A DNA stretch of 64,000 nucleotides, taken from positions 1,280,001-1,344,000 of the forward strand of contig CAWDXG010000004.1 of assembly GCA_963806225.1 (NCBI GenBank), written 5' to 3'. Within the stretch, counting starts at the first letter, position 1. Each line of letters opens with the position of its first letter. The notes below the pieces were generated by a model. The model did not search any database and had not been told where the DNA came from. It saw nothing but the letters and a program-made list of their open reading frames with translations. Shown here piece by piece: positions 32,907 to 43,306 of the stretch. Position numbers and translations under genes: made by a program. This stretch comes from an uncultured delta proteobacterium. Lineage in GTDB: Bacteria > Myxococcota_A > Polyangia > Polyangiales > Polyangiaceae.

Positions 32907-34786
32907 TGCAGAGCGACAGTCCGCCCGATTACGAGCCCGATTCCGGGACCGAAGCACCGACGCTGGTGCGCGCCGACGGCCCGGGCGCCGGGCCAGACCC
33001 CGACGCCCCGCTGGTAGGCCGGGTGATCGGCGATCGCTACCGCGTGCTGGAGCTCATTGGCCGGGGCGGCATGGGCGCGGTGTACCGCGCCGAGCATGTG
33101 CACATGAAGAAGCTGGTGGCGATCAAGGTGCTGCACCGCGCGCTGACCAGCCAGTTCGAGATCGTGGCCCGCTTCGAGCGCGAGGCGATCTCCGCGGGGC
33201 GCATCCAGCATCCGCGCATCGCGGCCGCTTCGGATTTCGGGCGTCTCGAGGACGGCTCGTTCTATCTGGTGCTGGAGTACGTCCAGGGAACGAGCCTGGG
33301 GGAGCTCCTGCTGGGCGGCGCGCTGCCTCAGGATCGCGCGACACGCATCGCGCGGCAGATCAGCGACGGGCTGGCCGCCGCACACTCCGACGGCATCGTG
33401 CATCGCGATCTCAAGCCGGAGAACGTGATGCTGGTGCAGCGCCCGGGCGAGCCGGAGTTCGTCAAGATCCTGGATTTCGGCATCGCCAAGGTGCTGGTGG
33501 ACGAGGACCACGACGACGCGGGCAAGGGCCCGGTGCTGACACGCCTCGGCACGGTGTTCGGCACTCCGCAGTACATGGCGCCCGAGCAGGCGGCGGGCGA
33601 AGCCGTGGATCAGCGCGCGGATCTCTACACCGTCGGCATCATGCTGTACGAGATGCTGGTCGGCTATGCGCCGTTCCGCGACGAGGACATCGGCACGGTG
33701 CTGGCCATGCAGATGAAGACGGAGCCGCCGCCGCTGCCCGATTGGGTCGATCCGGAGCTCTCGGCGATCGTGGTGCAGCAGCTCGAGAAGGATCCCGCCC
33801 TGCGCATCCAGACCGCCGAGGAGCTGCGCACGCGGTTCGAAGCCGTGCTGGAGCGCATCGCGCCGCGGCCCATGCTCTCGTCGGTGTCTATCGATCCGGG
33901 CTCGCTGCGTCCGGAGGCGAGTACCGAGCGCTCCCGCGACGCGGAGGCAACCCGCCGCGGCCCCGTACCGCTGTGGGCGCTGGGCGCGGGGCTTTCGCTG
34001 GTGGTGCTGGCTGTCGCGGCCCTGGTGTTCCGGTCGAAGGCGCCCGCGCGCCACGCTGCGGCGGTGGCTCCATCGCGGCACGCGGCCGCCGCGGACAGCG
34101 GCCCGGTCCACGCGCCCGCCGCGTCGACCACCCTCGGCGACAACCCGAAGCTGGCGGAGCTCCTGGCCCGCGCTTCGATGGGCGATCTCGACGCCATCGA
34201 GGCGTTGGAAGCGCGGAACCCGAAGCAGCGCAGCGCTGGCGAATGGCTGGCACTGGGGCGCGGGCGCATGCACCTCGACCACGAGAAGGCGGCGCTCCGC
34301 GCCTACGAGAAGGCGCTCGACCTCGACCCGTCGCTGTCCAAGGACGCGACGCTGCTGCGTCACGTGCGGCGCGCTGCCGGGCACGACGACACGGCGGCCG
34401 AAGCGCTGCGCATCGCGTCGCTCCGACTGGGCAGCGCGGGCGCGGACATCCTCTACAGCGTGTGGGTGTCCACCAAGGCCAAGACGCCCACCACGCAGCT
34501 CGCCAAGCAGTTGGTGTACAGCCCCGAAGTGCGGCGGAAGGCCTCGCCCGCGCTGGACGTGGCGCTCGAGCTGCGCAAGGCGCAAAGCTGCGAGGACTAC
34601 AAGAAGCTGCTCCCGCGCGCGACGCTCAGCGGCGACACGCGCGCTTTCCGCATCCTCGAGCCGCTCACGGTGAAGCGCGGCTGCGGCCCGGGCAAGAAGG
34701 ACGACTGCTATCCGTGCCTGCGCCGGAGCAGCGCGCTCGACGACGCGCTCGGCGCCTGCCGCCGCCACCGCGAGCCGATCTACTAG
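32906..34786 (+). CDS. Membrane Ser/Thr protein kinase with periplasmic TPR-like C-terminus
   Basis: GRGGMGAVY, HRDLKPEN, DFG, YMAPE; TM helix; C-terminal Cys motif. Confidence 0.93.
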   Translation: MQSDSPPDYEPDSGTEAPTLVRADGPGAGPDPDAPLVGRVIGDRYRVLELIGRGGMGAVYRAEHVHMKKLVAIKVLHRALTSQFEIVARFEREAISAGRIQHPRIAAASDFGRLEDGSFYLVLEYVQGTSLGELLLGGALPQDRATRIARQISDGLAAAHSDGIVHRDLKPENVMLVQRPGEPEFVKILDFGIAKVLVDEDHDDAGKGPVLTRLGTVFGTPQYMAPEQAAGEAVDQRADLYTVGIMLYEMLVGYAPFRDEDIGTVLAMQMKTEPPPLPDWVDPELSAIVVQQLEKDPALRIQTAEELRTRFEAVLERIAPRPMLSSVSIDPGSLRPEASTERSRDAEATRRGPVPLWALGAGLSLVVLAVAALVFRSKAPARHAAAVAPSRHAAAADSGPVHAPAASTTLGDNPKLAELLARASMGDLDAIEALEARNPKQRSAGEWLALGRGRMHLDHEKAALRAYEKALDLDPSLSKDATLLRHVRRAAGHDDTAAEALRIASLRLGSAGADILYSVWVSTKAKTPTTQLAKQLVYSPEVRRKASPALDVALELRKAQSCEDYKKLLPRATLSGDTRAFRILEPLTVKRGCGPGKKDDCYPCLRRSSALDDALGACRRHREPIY

Positions 34787-34796
34787 CCGGCCACGG

Positions 34797-35987
34797 TCAC
34801 GGTCGCGCCCGGGGAGCCCGGCTGCGATCCGGGGCCAGATCCTCGTACAGCCGCTCGTACGCCGCCGCCACGGCGCCAGAACGGAAGCGACGCTCGACGG
34901 CGGCGCGCTGCGCGTCGACAACGGCCGTGCGGCGCCCGGCATCGCGCACGAGCTCGAGCGCGGCACCCGCCAGCGCTTCGCGATCTCCGCGGGGCACGCG
35001 CACAGTTCCATCCAGCTCGGAGAGCGGCCCGTGATCGATCGCGACCACCGGCACGCCGAGCGACATGGATTCGAGCAGCACGATCGGCAGGTCGACCTTG
35101 CCCCAGAGATCGTCGACCGGAAACAGCACGGCGCTGGCACTGCCGATCAGCGCCAGCACGTCCGGCAGCTCGCTTTCGAAGCGCACGTTCGGCGAGTCGA
35201 GGCGCTGTTCCAGTGCGCGCGCCAGGCGCGGAGCTTCGGGCGTCTTCTCGCGGTAGGCAAACACGATCACCGCGTCGGGTAGCTCGCGCACGATGGGGGC
35301 GACCACCGCCGCCACGTCCTCGGCGCCCGAGCTGGTCTCGAGATCGCCCGGGTAGACGAACAGCGGCGCGGCTTCCGGAATGCCGAGTGCGCGGCGCGCA
35401 GAGCCCAGCGTGTCGGCGGAACGCGGGCGGAGCGGCCCCACCGGCGGCGGCACCACCTCGAGGCGGGGGCGGGCGGCCGGCGCGACGCCCTCCCGCTCGT
35501 ACGCGTCCACGATGCGGCGCCGCGTCCACTCGCTCTGCGCCACCACGATCTGCCCGAACAAGAGCCTCGATAGGCCCTCGAAGCGCCGCGGCGCCGAAGC
35601 CACGGTCTGCAGCACCGGCGCGCGGCGCAGCCGCCCGATAGCGCTGCCCACGGCGCTGCTCCTCGGGTTGGGCGCGAACACGTAGTGCCACACGTCCGCG
35701 CGCGAGCGGGCGAGCAGGAAGGCCGCCGCGCGGACGTTGTCGAGCAGCGCGGGCGCGAACCGCCCCGCGTCGGGATACACCGGCGCCATCTGCACCGGAG
35801 CGCGCCCGTCGCGCCGCGGGTACAGCCCGGCGTCGACCACACTCTCGAGCGCCGGAGCGCCCGGGGCCGACATCACCACCGCCTCGGCCCGCTCCAGATG
35901 TAGCGCCACATCGCGCACCAGGCACTTCGTACCGTCGTGGAATGGCGGCACGATCGGCTTGGAAACGAACAGCACCCGGAGCGGCAT
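34797..35987 (-). CDS. Glycosyltransferase family 4 (GT-B)
   Basis: LRVLFVS start; DLPIVLLESMSLGVPVVA motif; VERRFRS...YERLY C-terminus. Confidence 0.85.
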   Translation of the reverse strand: MPLRVLFVSKPIVPPFHDGTKCLVRDVALHLERAEAVVMSAPGAPALESVVDAGLYPRRDGRAPVQMAPVYPDAGRFAPALLDNVRAAAFLLARSRADVWHYVFAPNPRSSAVGSAIGRLRRAPVLQTVASAPRRFEGLSRLLFGQIVVAQSEWTRRRIVDAYEREGVAPAARPRLEVVPPPVGPLRPRSADTLGSARRALGIPEAAPLFVYPGDLETSSGAEDVAAVVAPIVRELPDAVIVFAYREKTPEAPRLARALEQRLDSPNVRFESELPDVLALIGSASAVLFPVDDLWGKVDLPIVLLESMSLGVPVVAIDHGPLSELDGTVRVPRGDREALAGAALELVRDAGRRTAVVDAQRAAVERRFRSGAVAAAYERLYEDLAPDRSRAPRARP

Positions 35988-36097
35988 GGCCGCGCAGGCT
36001 ACACGCTGACGCGCCTCGGCCCAAATCGGCTAGCGCCAACGACGCAGGCGCCCCGGCGTCGCCGTCCGGAGCCGGCCGCGCGATGTTGTGAAATGCA

Positions 36098-36904
36098 CTA
36101 CCGAGCGGCTTCGAGAAGCGCAGCGGGAGCGCGGCGGATGGCGCTCTCGATGGCGGCGACGAGCACCGCGTGCTTCAGCTCGGCCGAGCGGCGGCTATCG
36201 CGCGCCTCGGCAGCCGAAGCGCGGGTGCTCGCCGAGCCGGAGACCGTCCCGGCGATGGCCTGCTGGGGCATGCGGTGCATCACGTACTCCATCTTGGCGC
36301 TGTAGATGACCGAGCTGCCCTCGCGCGACGCCCTCAGCCGCTTGAGACGGCCGGTCACCATCACGACCGGCGGCTTGCGGCGTTTGGCGGCTGCCTTGTA
36401 GTCGTCCGAATCGTCGAGCACCTTGACCCCGGGCAGCTCGTCCAGCTGCGTCCGCGAAGTACGCTGCACCTCGTCGAGCAGCCTCCGGTAGCGCACCGAG
36501 GCGTGGATCCTGCCGAGCTTGACCAGGACCTTCGGCTTCTCGTGATGCCGGCCGAGCTGCTCCAGCGCGCGGATGGATGCCTTGATCTGCGAGCGCACGG
36601 CGGCGGATGTGTCCAGGCGATGCTCCTTGAGCGCGTGGATCGCGCGCTTGTCGCCCAGCACCTTGAGGGCCGCCGCCGACGCCGCCCGCACCGCAGCGTT
36701 GGGATCGTCCAGGGCCTTTTCCAGCGGTTGCCGCGCGGACTTGCTGCGGGACTTGCCGAGCTGCAGCGCCGCCTGGACGCGCACGCGGAAATCCTGTCCG
36801 TGCTCGAGCCGATCGATCAGCGACGCCACGCTCGAACCCGCCAACGCCGGGCCTGCAAGCAGCACGGCGAGCGCAACGACGAGTGGCCGCAGCAGACGGG
36901 TCAT
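36098..36904 (-). CDS. Secreted HEAT-repeat protein
   Basis: Sec signal ending PALAG; FRVRVQAALQLG, DPNAAVRAASAAAL repeats. Confidence 0.8.
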   Translation of the reverse strand: MTRLLRPLVVALAVLLAGPALAGSSVASLIDRLEHGQDFRVRVQAALQLGKSRSKSARQPLEKALDDPNAAVRAASAAALKVLGDKRAIHALKEHRLDTSAAVRSQIKASIRALEQLGRHHEKPKVLVKLGRIHASVRYRRLLDEVQRTSRTQLDELPGVKVLDDSDDYKAAAKRRKPPVVMVTGRLKRLRASREGSSVIYSAKMEYVMHRMPQQAIAGTVSGSASTRASAAEARDSRRSAELKHAVLVAAIESAIRRAPAALLEAAR

Positions 36905-37091
36905 CAGGAGTCGGACGAGCGAAACATCGCATCCATACAATAGATCATCCGTACAGTGCTGCGGGGCCGAACCGGGCTGGCGTTCGAGATCACTCGCACC
37001 TCGTGGCACATGGGCACAAGGTGTCGCACCTGCCCTCACCCCGACGGCGACTCGATGTGCACCGTCGACTCTTCGAGCAGCGACTTCGCTG

Positions 37092-38684
37092 CTACTTGTC
37101 CGTGCCCTTCTTCAGGTCCGGCGGCTTCCAGCCCTTGGGCGGCTTGAAGCCCTTCGGCGGCTTGTCGGGACAGCCGTCGTCATCCTGGTAGCCGTTGTAG
37201 GTCTCCGGCTGGTCCACGCACTGGTCCTTGTTGTCGACGATGCCGTCTCCGTCGTTGTCCGGATCGGGGCAGCCGTCGGTGTCCTGGAAGCCGTCGGTGT
37301 CCTCGGGCTGGTCCGGACACTTGTCCTTGGAGTCCGGGACGCCGTCATTGTCCCTGTCCGGCTCGTCCGGGCAGCCGTCATCGTCCTTGTAGCCGTTCTT
37401 GGTTTCCGGCTTGTTCGGACAGCGATCGTGATCGTCGGGGATCCCGTCCTTGTCGTTGTCGTAGTCGGGGCAGCCATCGCTGTCCTCGAAGCCGTCCGGA
37501 TCCTCGGCCTTGTCCGGGCACTTGTCGTCCTTGTCGAGGATCGTATCGCCGTCGTTGTCGGGATCGGGGCAACCGTCGCTGTCCTGATAGCCGTCCCGGT
37601 CCTCCGCCTCGGTCGGACACTGGTCGTCGTTGTCGTAGATGCCGTCGTTGTCGCGATCCCGGCGCTCCTGCACGTACATGAAGCCCACGAACGCGCGCAC
37701 CGCGGGCACGCCGATACCCTGGATGAGGCCCGTGCCTGCGCCCAGGTTCACCAGGATGGGCGAACCGAGCGGCATGATCTGCACGCCGCCGTCGATCTCG
37801 TTGGCGTTGGTGCCGTTGTGCGAAGAGAACTTCGTGCTGCCGAAATCGTCGAGCAGGATGCGGAACACGGGGCTGACCTTGAAGCCCGCACCGATACCGT
37901 AGCGGAACTCGGGGCCGAGCTTCGTCGAACCGACGCGGCCGTTGCCCCGGTAGACCCCCGCCAGGTTGCCGCCGACGCTGAACGGCCCGTGCTCGCCGTC
38001 GAAGATGGCGCGCAGCCCGGCAGTCGGCGTCGTGTCGCCGATGTAGTTCCCCTTGGACGTGGCGTGCCCGAGCGGTCCGGTCACGAACGCACCGAGCCCC
38101 ACCACGAACGGATCGTGGATTTCCCCGTGGAGGCGGTACTTGCCCTCCAGCTCGGCGTCCCCGAGGCCCGTCCCGCTGAGCCCGTTGGGGTCGGCGGTGC
38201 CCTGGTCGGTGAGCCCCTGGCCCTTTACGAAAGTGATCGGCACCTTCAGGCCGAGCTGCAGGCGCGGGATCGGCGTGAACGAGCCGAGCACATCGCCGGT
38301 GACCATGTTCTCGACGACCTTGACGTCCTGTTTCTGGATCGCGTTGGGGTCGCTGCAGTCGGTCTGCGACAGGCAGCTCCTGACGACGAACGGCTGGTTC
38401 GCATAGTTGACGTACAAGCCGGCGCTCCACGCCATCTTGCCGTCGGTCCGCACGCCACGCGTGGTGAAGTAGTTGCGCGGCCCCGGCGCCGGATCGAAAC
38501 GCTGGACTGTGAACTCACCGCTCTTGGCCGATCCTTGCTGGGCAAGCGCGGAGCCGGACGTGGCCATCAGCGTCGAAAGCAACGCCCCGCCGGTCACCCG
38601 GCACAACAGACGACGAGCTGAGTTCCGAGGAGGGGTCATGGCAGCAGGGAGCGGTCGGCGAGCAGGGAGCGGGAACGCTTTCAT
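37092..38684 (-). CDS. OM beta-barrel + thrombospondin type-3 repeat protein, no OmpA C-terminal domain
   Basis: Signal peptide, QRFDPAPG, GLGDAEL, amphipathic strands; five ~33-aa DxDxDGIxDxxDxCP...DGCPD units; stops right after the repeats. Confidence 0.8.
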   Translation of the reverse strand: MKAFPLPARRPLPAAMTPPRNSARRLLCRVTGGALLSTLMATSGSALAQQGSAKSGEFTVQRFDPAPGPRNYFTTRGVRTDGKMAWSAGLYVNYANQPFVVRSCLSQTDCSDPNAIQKQDVKVVENMVTGDVLGSFTPIPRLQLGLKVPITFVKGQGLTDQGTADPNGLSGTGLGDAELEGKYRLHGEIHDPFVVGLGAFVTGPLGHATSKGNYIGDTTPTAGLRAIFDGEHGPFSVGGNLAGVYRGNGRVGSTKLGPEFRYGIGAGFKVSPVFRILLDDFGSTKFSSHNGTNANEIDGGVQIMPLGSPILVNLGAGTGLIQGIGVPAVRAFVGFMYVQERRDRDNDGIYDNDDQCPTEAEDRDGYQDSDGCPDPDNDGDTILDKDDKCPDKAEDPDGFEDSDGCPDYDNDKDGIPDDHDRCPNKPETKNGYKDDDGCPDEPDRDNDGVPDSKDKCPDQPEDTDGFQDTDGCPDPDNDGDGIVDNKDQCVDQPETYNGYQDDDGCPDKPPKGFKPPKGWKPPDLKKGTDK

Positions 38685-38908
38685 CGAAAGCTCTCCGTTG
38701 GGTAGAGGTCGCACGTCGGGAGCGAAGCCAAGGCTCGCACATTCGCCCACATTTCCGCAACGGCCATGATTTCCGCCCAGGAACCACAGCTCCGGCACCC
38801 CGGCCCCCGGCCCGGCGAGCGCGGGATCCGAACCGAAACGCAGGCGGGGCGCCGCCCCCACAGCCACCCCGCGGCCGCAGACCGGCGCCTGGGCGTTATG
38901 TTAGCGAC

Positions 38909-40054
38909 GTGGCCGTCTGCTCCAGATGCCTGAGCGTCATCGCCGAGGCGGGCGCCCGTTTCTGTCCTCACTGCGGAACCGCCCAGGCAAGTTCGCCCGC
39001 CATCCGGCACATCGAGGCGGGCACCGAGCTCGATCTGGCGTGGGGAAAGATCCTCGTCGAGGACGTGATCGGCGAAGGCGGCATGGGCGTCGTGCACCGG
39101 GGCTGGCTCTACTACAATCCCGAGGGCCGCTATTCGGGCACGCCGCCGCATCCGGTTGCGGTCAAGGTGCTGCATCCGCTCCTCAAGGGGCGCGAGCGGG
39201 CGCGACGTCTTTTCCTGGGTGAAGCGCACGCGCTCGCCCGGCTGTCGCATCCGAACATCGTGCACTTCTTCGCGCTGGTGCAGGCCGACGATCAGCTCGC
39301 CATCGCCATCGAGCTGGTGGAAGGGCAGCCGCTCAACGAGATCATCACACGTCGCAGAGCCGCCGCTCACGCCGGCGGCATTCCCTGCCTGCCGTTCGCC
39401 CGCGCCTGGCACTATTTCTCGCAACTTCTGGGCGCGCTGGCGGCAATCCACGCGCTCGGCATCATCCATCGCGACGTTAAGCCGAGCAACGTGCTGGTGC
39501 GCACCGACGGCATGGTCAAGCTGACGGACTTCGGCATCGCGCGGGTTCCGGCGGAGGAAGCCCGCAACACGGGCGGCATGGCGCCAGGAACGGGAGCGTA
39601 CATGGCTCCCGAGCAGGTGCTGGGGCGCGAGCTCGACGCGCGGACCGATCTCTACAGCGCGGGCATCGTGCTGTACGAGATGCTCACCGGAGCCACACCG
39701 TTCGACTCGCCGGCGCGGAACGAGATCATGGTGCGAACCGCACAGCTCGAAGAGACCGCACCGCCCATCACGCAGATCATCCCGCAGGCTCCCGCCGTGC
39801 TCGACCTGCTCATGGCCCGTGCACTGGCGAAGGACCCCATGCACCGCTTCAGTTCCGCCATCGAGCTCGGCGAGGCGTTCCGCGCCGCCCTCGACCTGCC
39901 CGAATCGGCCGGCTGGACCGCCCAGCAGAAGCTGGCGGAAAACGCGCAGGCGATCTCGCAGTACCAGAACGCCGCCCAACGCCCTGCCGGAACGGTGCCG
40001 GAAGCGCGTGCCGAGAGACTGCGCACCGACGTGATGCAGGCCTACCGTGGCTAG
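38909..40054 (+). CDS. Cytoplasmic Ser/Thr kinase with N-terminal zinc ribbon
   Basis: CSRC...FCPHCG; GEGGMGVV, HRDVKPSN, DFG, YMAPE; no TM segment. Confidence 0.92.
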   Translation: MAVCSRCLSVIAEAGARFCPHCGTAQASSPAIRHIEAGTELDLAWGKILVEDVIGEGGMGVVHRGWLYYNPEGRYSGTPPHPVAVKVLHPLLKGRERARRLFLGEAHALARLSHPNIVHFFALVQADDQLAIAIELVEGQPLNEIITRRRAAAHAGGIPCLPFARAWHYFSQLLGALAAIHALGIIHRDVKPSNVLVRTDGMVKLTDFGIARVPAEEARNTGGMAPGTGAYMAPEQVLGRELDARTDLYSAGIVLYEMLTGATPFDSPARNEIMVRTAQLEETAPPITQIIPQAPAVLDLLMARALAKDPMHRFSSAIELGEAFRAALDLPESAGWTAQQKLAENAQAISQYQNAAQRPAGTVPEARAERLRTDVMQAYRG

Positions 40055-40161
40055 CCGGCTTCAGGAACCGCTTTCCACTAGTCGTTGACAGTCTTTGCCG
40101 GGCCATGCCATAGCCCCGGGGCGGTCCAGCTGACGTGGCTTTTCCGCGGAGATCCGCGCCC

Positions 40162-42483
40162 ATGCACAAAATCTCCGTCGTCTCCCTTTTCGCTCTGGGT
40201 GTGGTCGTCTTCGCTTCGACGAACGCCTCCGCCCAGCCCGCGCAACCCGACAAGCCTCCGGCCGCCCAGGCCGGCAAGGGCAAAGCCGCCGCCAAGCCCA
40301 AGAAGGGCGAGGCGAAGAAGGCCGCAGCCAAGAAGCCGGAAAAGGGCGGGGCAGGCGAAAAACCGGACAAGGGCGACGCCGGCACACCAGCCGCCGGGAA
40401 AGCCGCGGAGGGCCAGGCCGACGCTGGAGCCGGCGACGAAGCCGGCGCCCAGCCGTCGGCAGGCGAGCAGCCTTCAGACGCGGGTGGCGGAACGACGCCG
40501 GGCGAAGCGCCGCCCCGCCCGCCCGAAACGACCCGCGGCACCGAGCTGCCGGGCGCCAGTCCGGCGCCGGCGGGCGGAGGGCTCGGCCCGATGCCGGGCT
40601 GGCCCGCGCCGGGCAGCGACAAGAGCCAGCTCGAGAAGCAAGGCGAGAAGCGCCCCGGCGCCGAGAACAAGAAATCCTCCGGCGAGTCCCAGGACCAGGT
40701 CTACGCCGAGGACTGGTGGTCGCACGCGCGTCCCATCCTCGAGCTGCACGGGTACTTCCGGCTGCGCGCCGAGCTCTTCCACAATTTCTCGCTGGGGCGC
40801 ATCGACCCCCCCGACTCGCAGCTCTGGCCAGCGCCGGCGGACAACAACTACGTCGGAGGGCAGTCCGGCACCGGCGGCCCGTGGGGCCCCGCGCTGTGCA
40901 CCGGCAAGCAGTCCCCCGAGGCGCCCAACAGCAGCAGCGATCCAGCCCAGGCGCGCTGGCCCTGCAAGAACAAGACGCAGGCCGGCGCCAACATCCGCTT
41001 CAGGCTGAATCCGGAGCTGCACATCTCGGACAACCTGCGGATCATGAGCCAGATCGATCTGCTGGATAATCTGGTGCTCGGCTCCACGCCGGAGGGGTAC
41101 GCGAACCAGCCAGGCCAGAGCGGCGGCTACTCGGTCGTCCAGCGCGGCGGCTATGCGCCGCTGGGCGCCTTCGACACGACCCAGGAGCCCCCTAGCGCCG
41201 GCGTCAACGGCCTGAAGGACAGCATCCGCGTCAAGCGCGTATGGGCCGAGTACATGAGTCCGGTCGGGCAGCTCAGCTTCGGCCGCATGCCGAGCCAGTG
41301 GGGCCTGGGCATCCTCGCCAACTCGGGCGACGGCTACGACGACGACTACCAGTCAACCGCCGATCGCATCATGTTCGTCACGGGCATCAAGGCGATCGAC
41401 CTGTACTTCGCCGGCGCCTGGGACTTCCCCAACGAGGGCCCGACCAGCGCCCAGGCGAACCTTCCCGGAGCGCAGCCCTACGACCTGGCGCAGCTTGACG
41501 ACGTGAACCAGTACGTGCTGGTCGTCGTGCGCAAGACCAACGCGAACCTGCAGAAGATGCGGCTGGCGCGAGGCCAGCTCGTCGTCAATGGCGGCGCCTA
41601 CGTCGTCTACCGCTCGCAGCTGCTGGCAAACGACCGCAACGGGGCCTGCCCGGCGAACGCGATCGGCTGCACCACGGGCCAGCTCAATCCGGCCGACAGC
41701 ACCGGCTACGTGCGACGCGGCGCCAAGGCCTGGATCCCCGACCTGTGGCTGCAGGTGCTGTACAAGAAGTTCCGCTTCGAGATGGAAGCGGTCACCATCC
41801 AGGGCTCGATCGAGAACACGCTCTCGACGCCGGGCACCAGCGACTACGGCAGCGCCTTCGGCGGCCACGGCTGGAAGGTCCAGCAGTACGGGCTGGCCAC
41901 CGAGCTCGAGCAGAAGCTGATCGAGGACCGGCTGCGGCTCCAGTTCAAGTTCGGCATCGCGTCGGGCGACTCGAACGTCAACGGCCTGAGCCCGGGCGTC
42001 AACGGCCTGCAGACCGAGCACGGCAGCAACACCATCTCGACCTTCCGTTTCCACCCGAACTACAAGATCGACCTGATCCTCAACCGCAACATCCTGAACA
42101 GGATCCAGGGCGAGTACTACTTCCGTCCCAGCGCGGACTACGACTTCCTGCGCAACCAGAACGGGCAGAAGCTCGGCGGCGGCGTGGCGGCAATCTGGAC
42201 GCGGGCCAGCGAATTCGTGCAGACGCCGGGCCACGACGCCAACCTGGGCGTCGAGCTCGACGGCAAGCTCTATTTCCAGTCCAAGGACGGTTCGCTCAAC
42301 GACGACCCGAACAAGATGGGCGGCTTCTACACCATGCTGGAGTACGGCGTGCTGTTCCCGCTGGCGGGGCTCGGCTATCCGAGTGCCCAGGCGAACCAGA
42401 TCCGCACCAACCTGAACAACCCGGGCGCCGCCAACACCAGCACGGCCCAGGTCGTCCGCTGGTACCTCGGCGTGCTGTTCTAG
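40162..42483 (+). CDS. Myxococcota outer-membrane beta-barrel protein, TIGR04551-like
   Basis: GGAGA RBS, Sec signal, low-complexity linker, GYFRLR, AGANIRFRLNPELHISD, FGRMPSQWGLG, FRFHPNYKIDLIL, C-terminal WYLGVLF. Confidence 0.75.
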   Translation: MHKISVVSLFALGVVVFASTNASAQPAQPDKPPAAQAGKGKAAAKPKKGEAKKAAAKKPEKGGAGEKPDKGDAGTPAAGKAAEGQADAGAGDEAGAQPSAGEQPSDAGGGTTPGEAPPRPPETTRGTELPGASPAPAGGGLGPMPGWPAPGSDKSQLEKQGEKRPGAENKKSSGESQDQVYAEDWWSHARPILELHGYFRLRAELFHNFSLGRIDPPDSQLWPAPADNNYVGGQSGTGGPWGPALCTGKQSPEAPNSSSDPAQARWPCKNKTQAGANIRFRLNPELHISDNLRIMSQIDLLDNLVLGSTPEGYANQPGQSGGYSVVQRGGYAPLGAFDTTQEPPSAGVNGLKDSIRVKRVWAEYMSPVGQLSFGRMPSQWGLGILANSGDGYDDDYQSTADRIMFVTGIKAIDLYFAGAWDFPNEGPTSAQANLPGAQPYDLAQLDDVNQYVLVVVRKTNANLQKMRLARGQLVVNGGAYVVYRSQLLANDRNGACPANAIGCTTGQLNPADSTGYVRRGAKAWIPDLWLQVLYKKFRFEMEAVTIQGSIENTLSTPGTSDYGSAFGGHGWKVQQYGLATELEQKLIEDRLRLQFKFGIASGDSNVNGLSPGVNGLQTEHGSNTISTFRFHPNYKIDLILNRNILNRIQGEYYFRPSADYDFLRNQNGQKLGGGVAAIWTRASEFVQTPGHDANLGVELDGKLYFQSKDGSLNDDPNKMGGFYTMLEYGVLFPLAGLGYPSAQANQIRTNLNNPGAANTSTAQVVRWYLGVLF

Positions 42484-42490
42484 AGCGGCA

Positions 42491-43078
42491 CTACTCGTCC
42501 CAGGCCACGCGGAACTCGCAGCTCGTGTCGCCCTTCGCGCGGCAACAAAGCTCCTGCACGACGCCGTTCCGGCGTGGACCGAGCTCGAGCGATCCGAGCA
42601 TCCAGCCGCCGATGGATAGACAGTGGGCGCGATGCGGCGCAGGGAAGTCCGCCAGCGTCACGTGCAGCCCGGTCGGACCACGAGCTCGCGAGAGCAGCCG
42701 GCCGCGATCATAGTGGTGGCTCCACACGCTCGCCGCGAGCCCGATGAACATGGACGGCCGCACACGTCCCATGATCAGGCGCTTCCACACACCGATGTCG
42801 TGGCTGGCGGCGAAGCGACCCATCTCCCAGGCCAGCTCCAGCTTTCCCCGATCGAACAAGCGGTCGGCGAGCTCGATCGCCTCGACGAACAGACCGAAAT
42901 CGACCCAATCGGACGGGTCGGTCCCGAGCAGCAGCCTGCGAAGACCCGCCGAAGCTGCCTGCCGGTAGCGCTGCTGCGCCTCGAGACCGAAGCGCTCGAG
43001 CACGAAAGCGTCACGAACCGTCACGGTCGGCGCCTTGACCCGGATTGCCCGTCCCGTCCCTGTCTCGCTGCCTGCCAA
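42491..43078 (-). CDS. Stand-alone V4R/DUF2378-like domain protein
   Basis: HCLSIGGW...ELCCRAKGDTSCEFRVAW matches the V4R Cys pattern. Confidence 0.6.
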   Translation of the reverse strand: MAGSETGTGRAIRVKAPTVTVRDAFVLERFGLEAQQRYRQAASAGLRRLLLGTDPSDWVDFGLFVEAIELADRLFDRGKLELAWEMGRFAASHDIGVWKRLIMGRVRPSMFIGLAASVWSHHYDRGRLLSRARGPTGLHVTLADFPAPHRAHCLSIGGWMLGSLELGPRRNGVVQELCCRAKGDTSCEFRVAWDE

Positions 43079-43306
43079 TGGTCACCCGCGTGCGCTGCGC
43101 GCGGCCCTCGCGCCGGGGGCTCCCCAGAAGCCCCCTCGACCAGTATGGTCTGCCGCGCAGGAAAGTGCACGACAAGAGGGAGGGTGACTGGCGCGCCGCA
43201 TCGCCATCCCTCGACCCAGGAGACCTCCCGATCTCCCACTCTTCTTGTTGATCCGCCGTGCAGAGCGCGACAGCGCCGTCGGATACGACGCGCTACGGAC
43301 GCCGAG

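Noticed and set aside
31766..34786. Enoyl-CoA hydratase-kinase fusion (1006-aa ORF)
   Set aside because: Produced by the extra base near 32600; the hydratase ends at 32906, where the kinase ATG begins.
28762..35140. Very long antisense or alternative-frame ORFs (e.g. 28762-31785 minus, 32033-35140 minus, 32191-35034 plus)
   Set aside because: Shadow ORFs expected in high-GC coding DNA; Arg/Ala/Pro-rich with no motifs.
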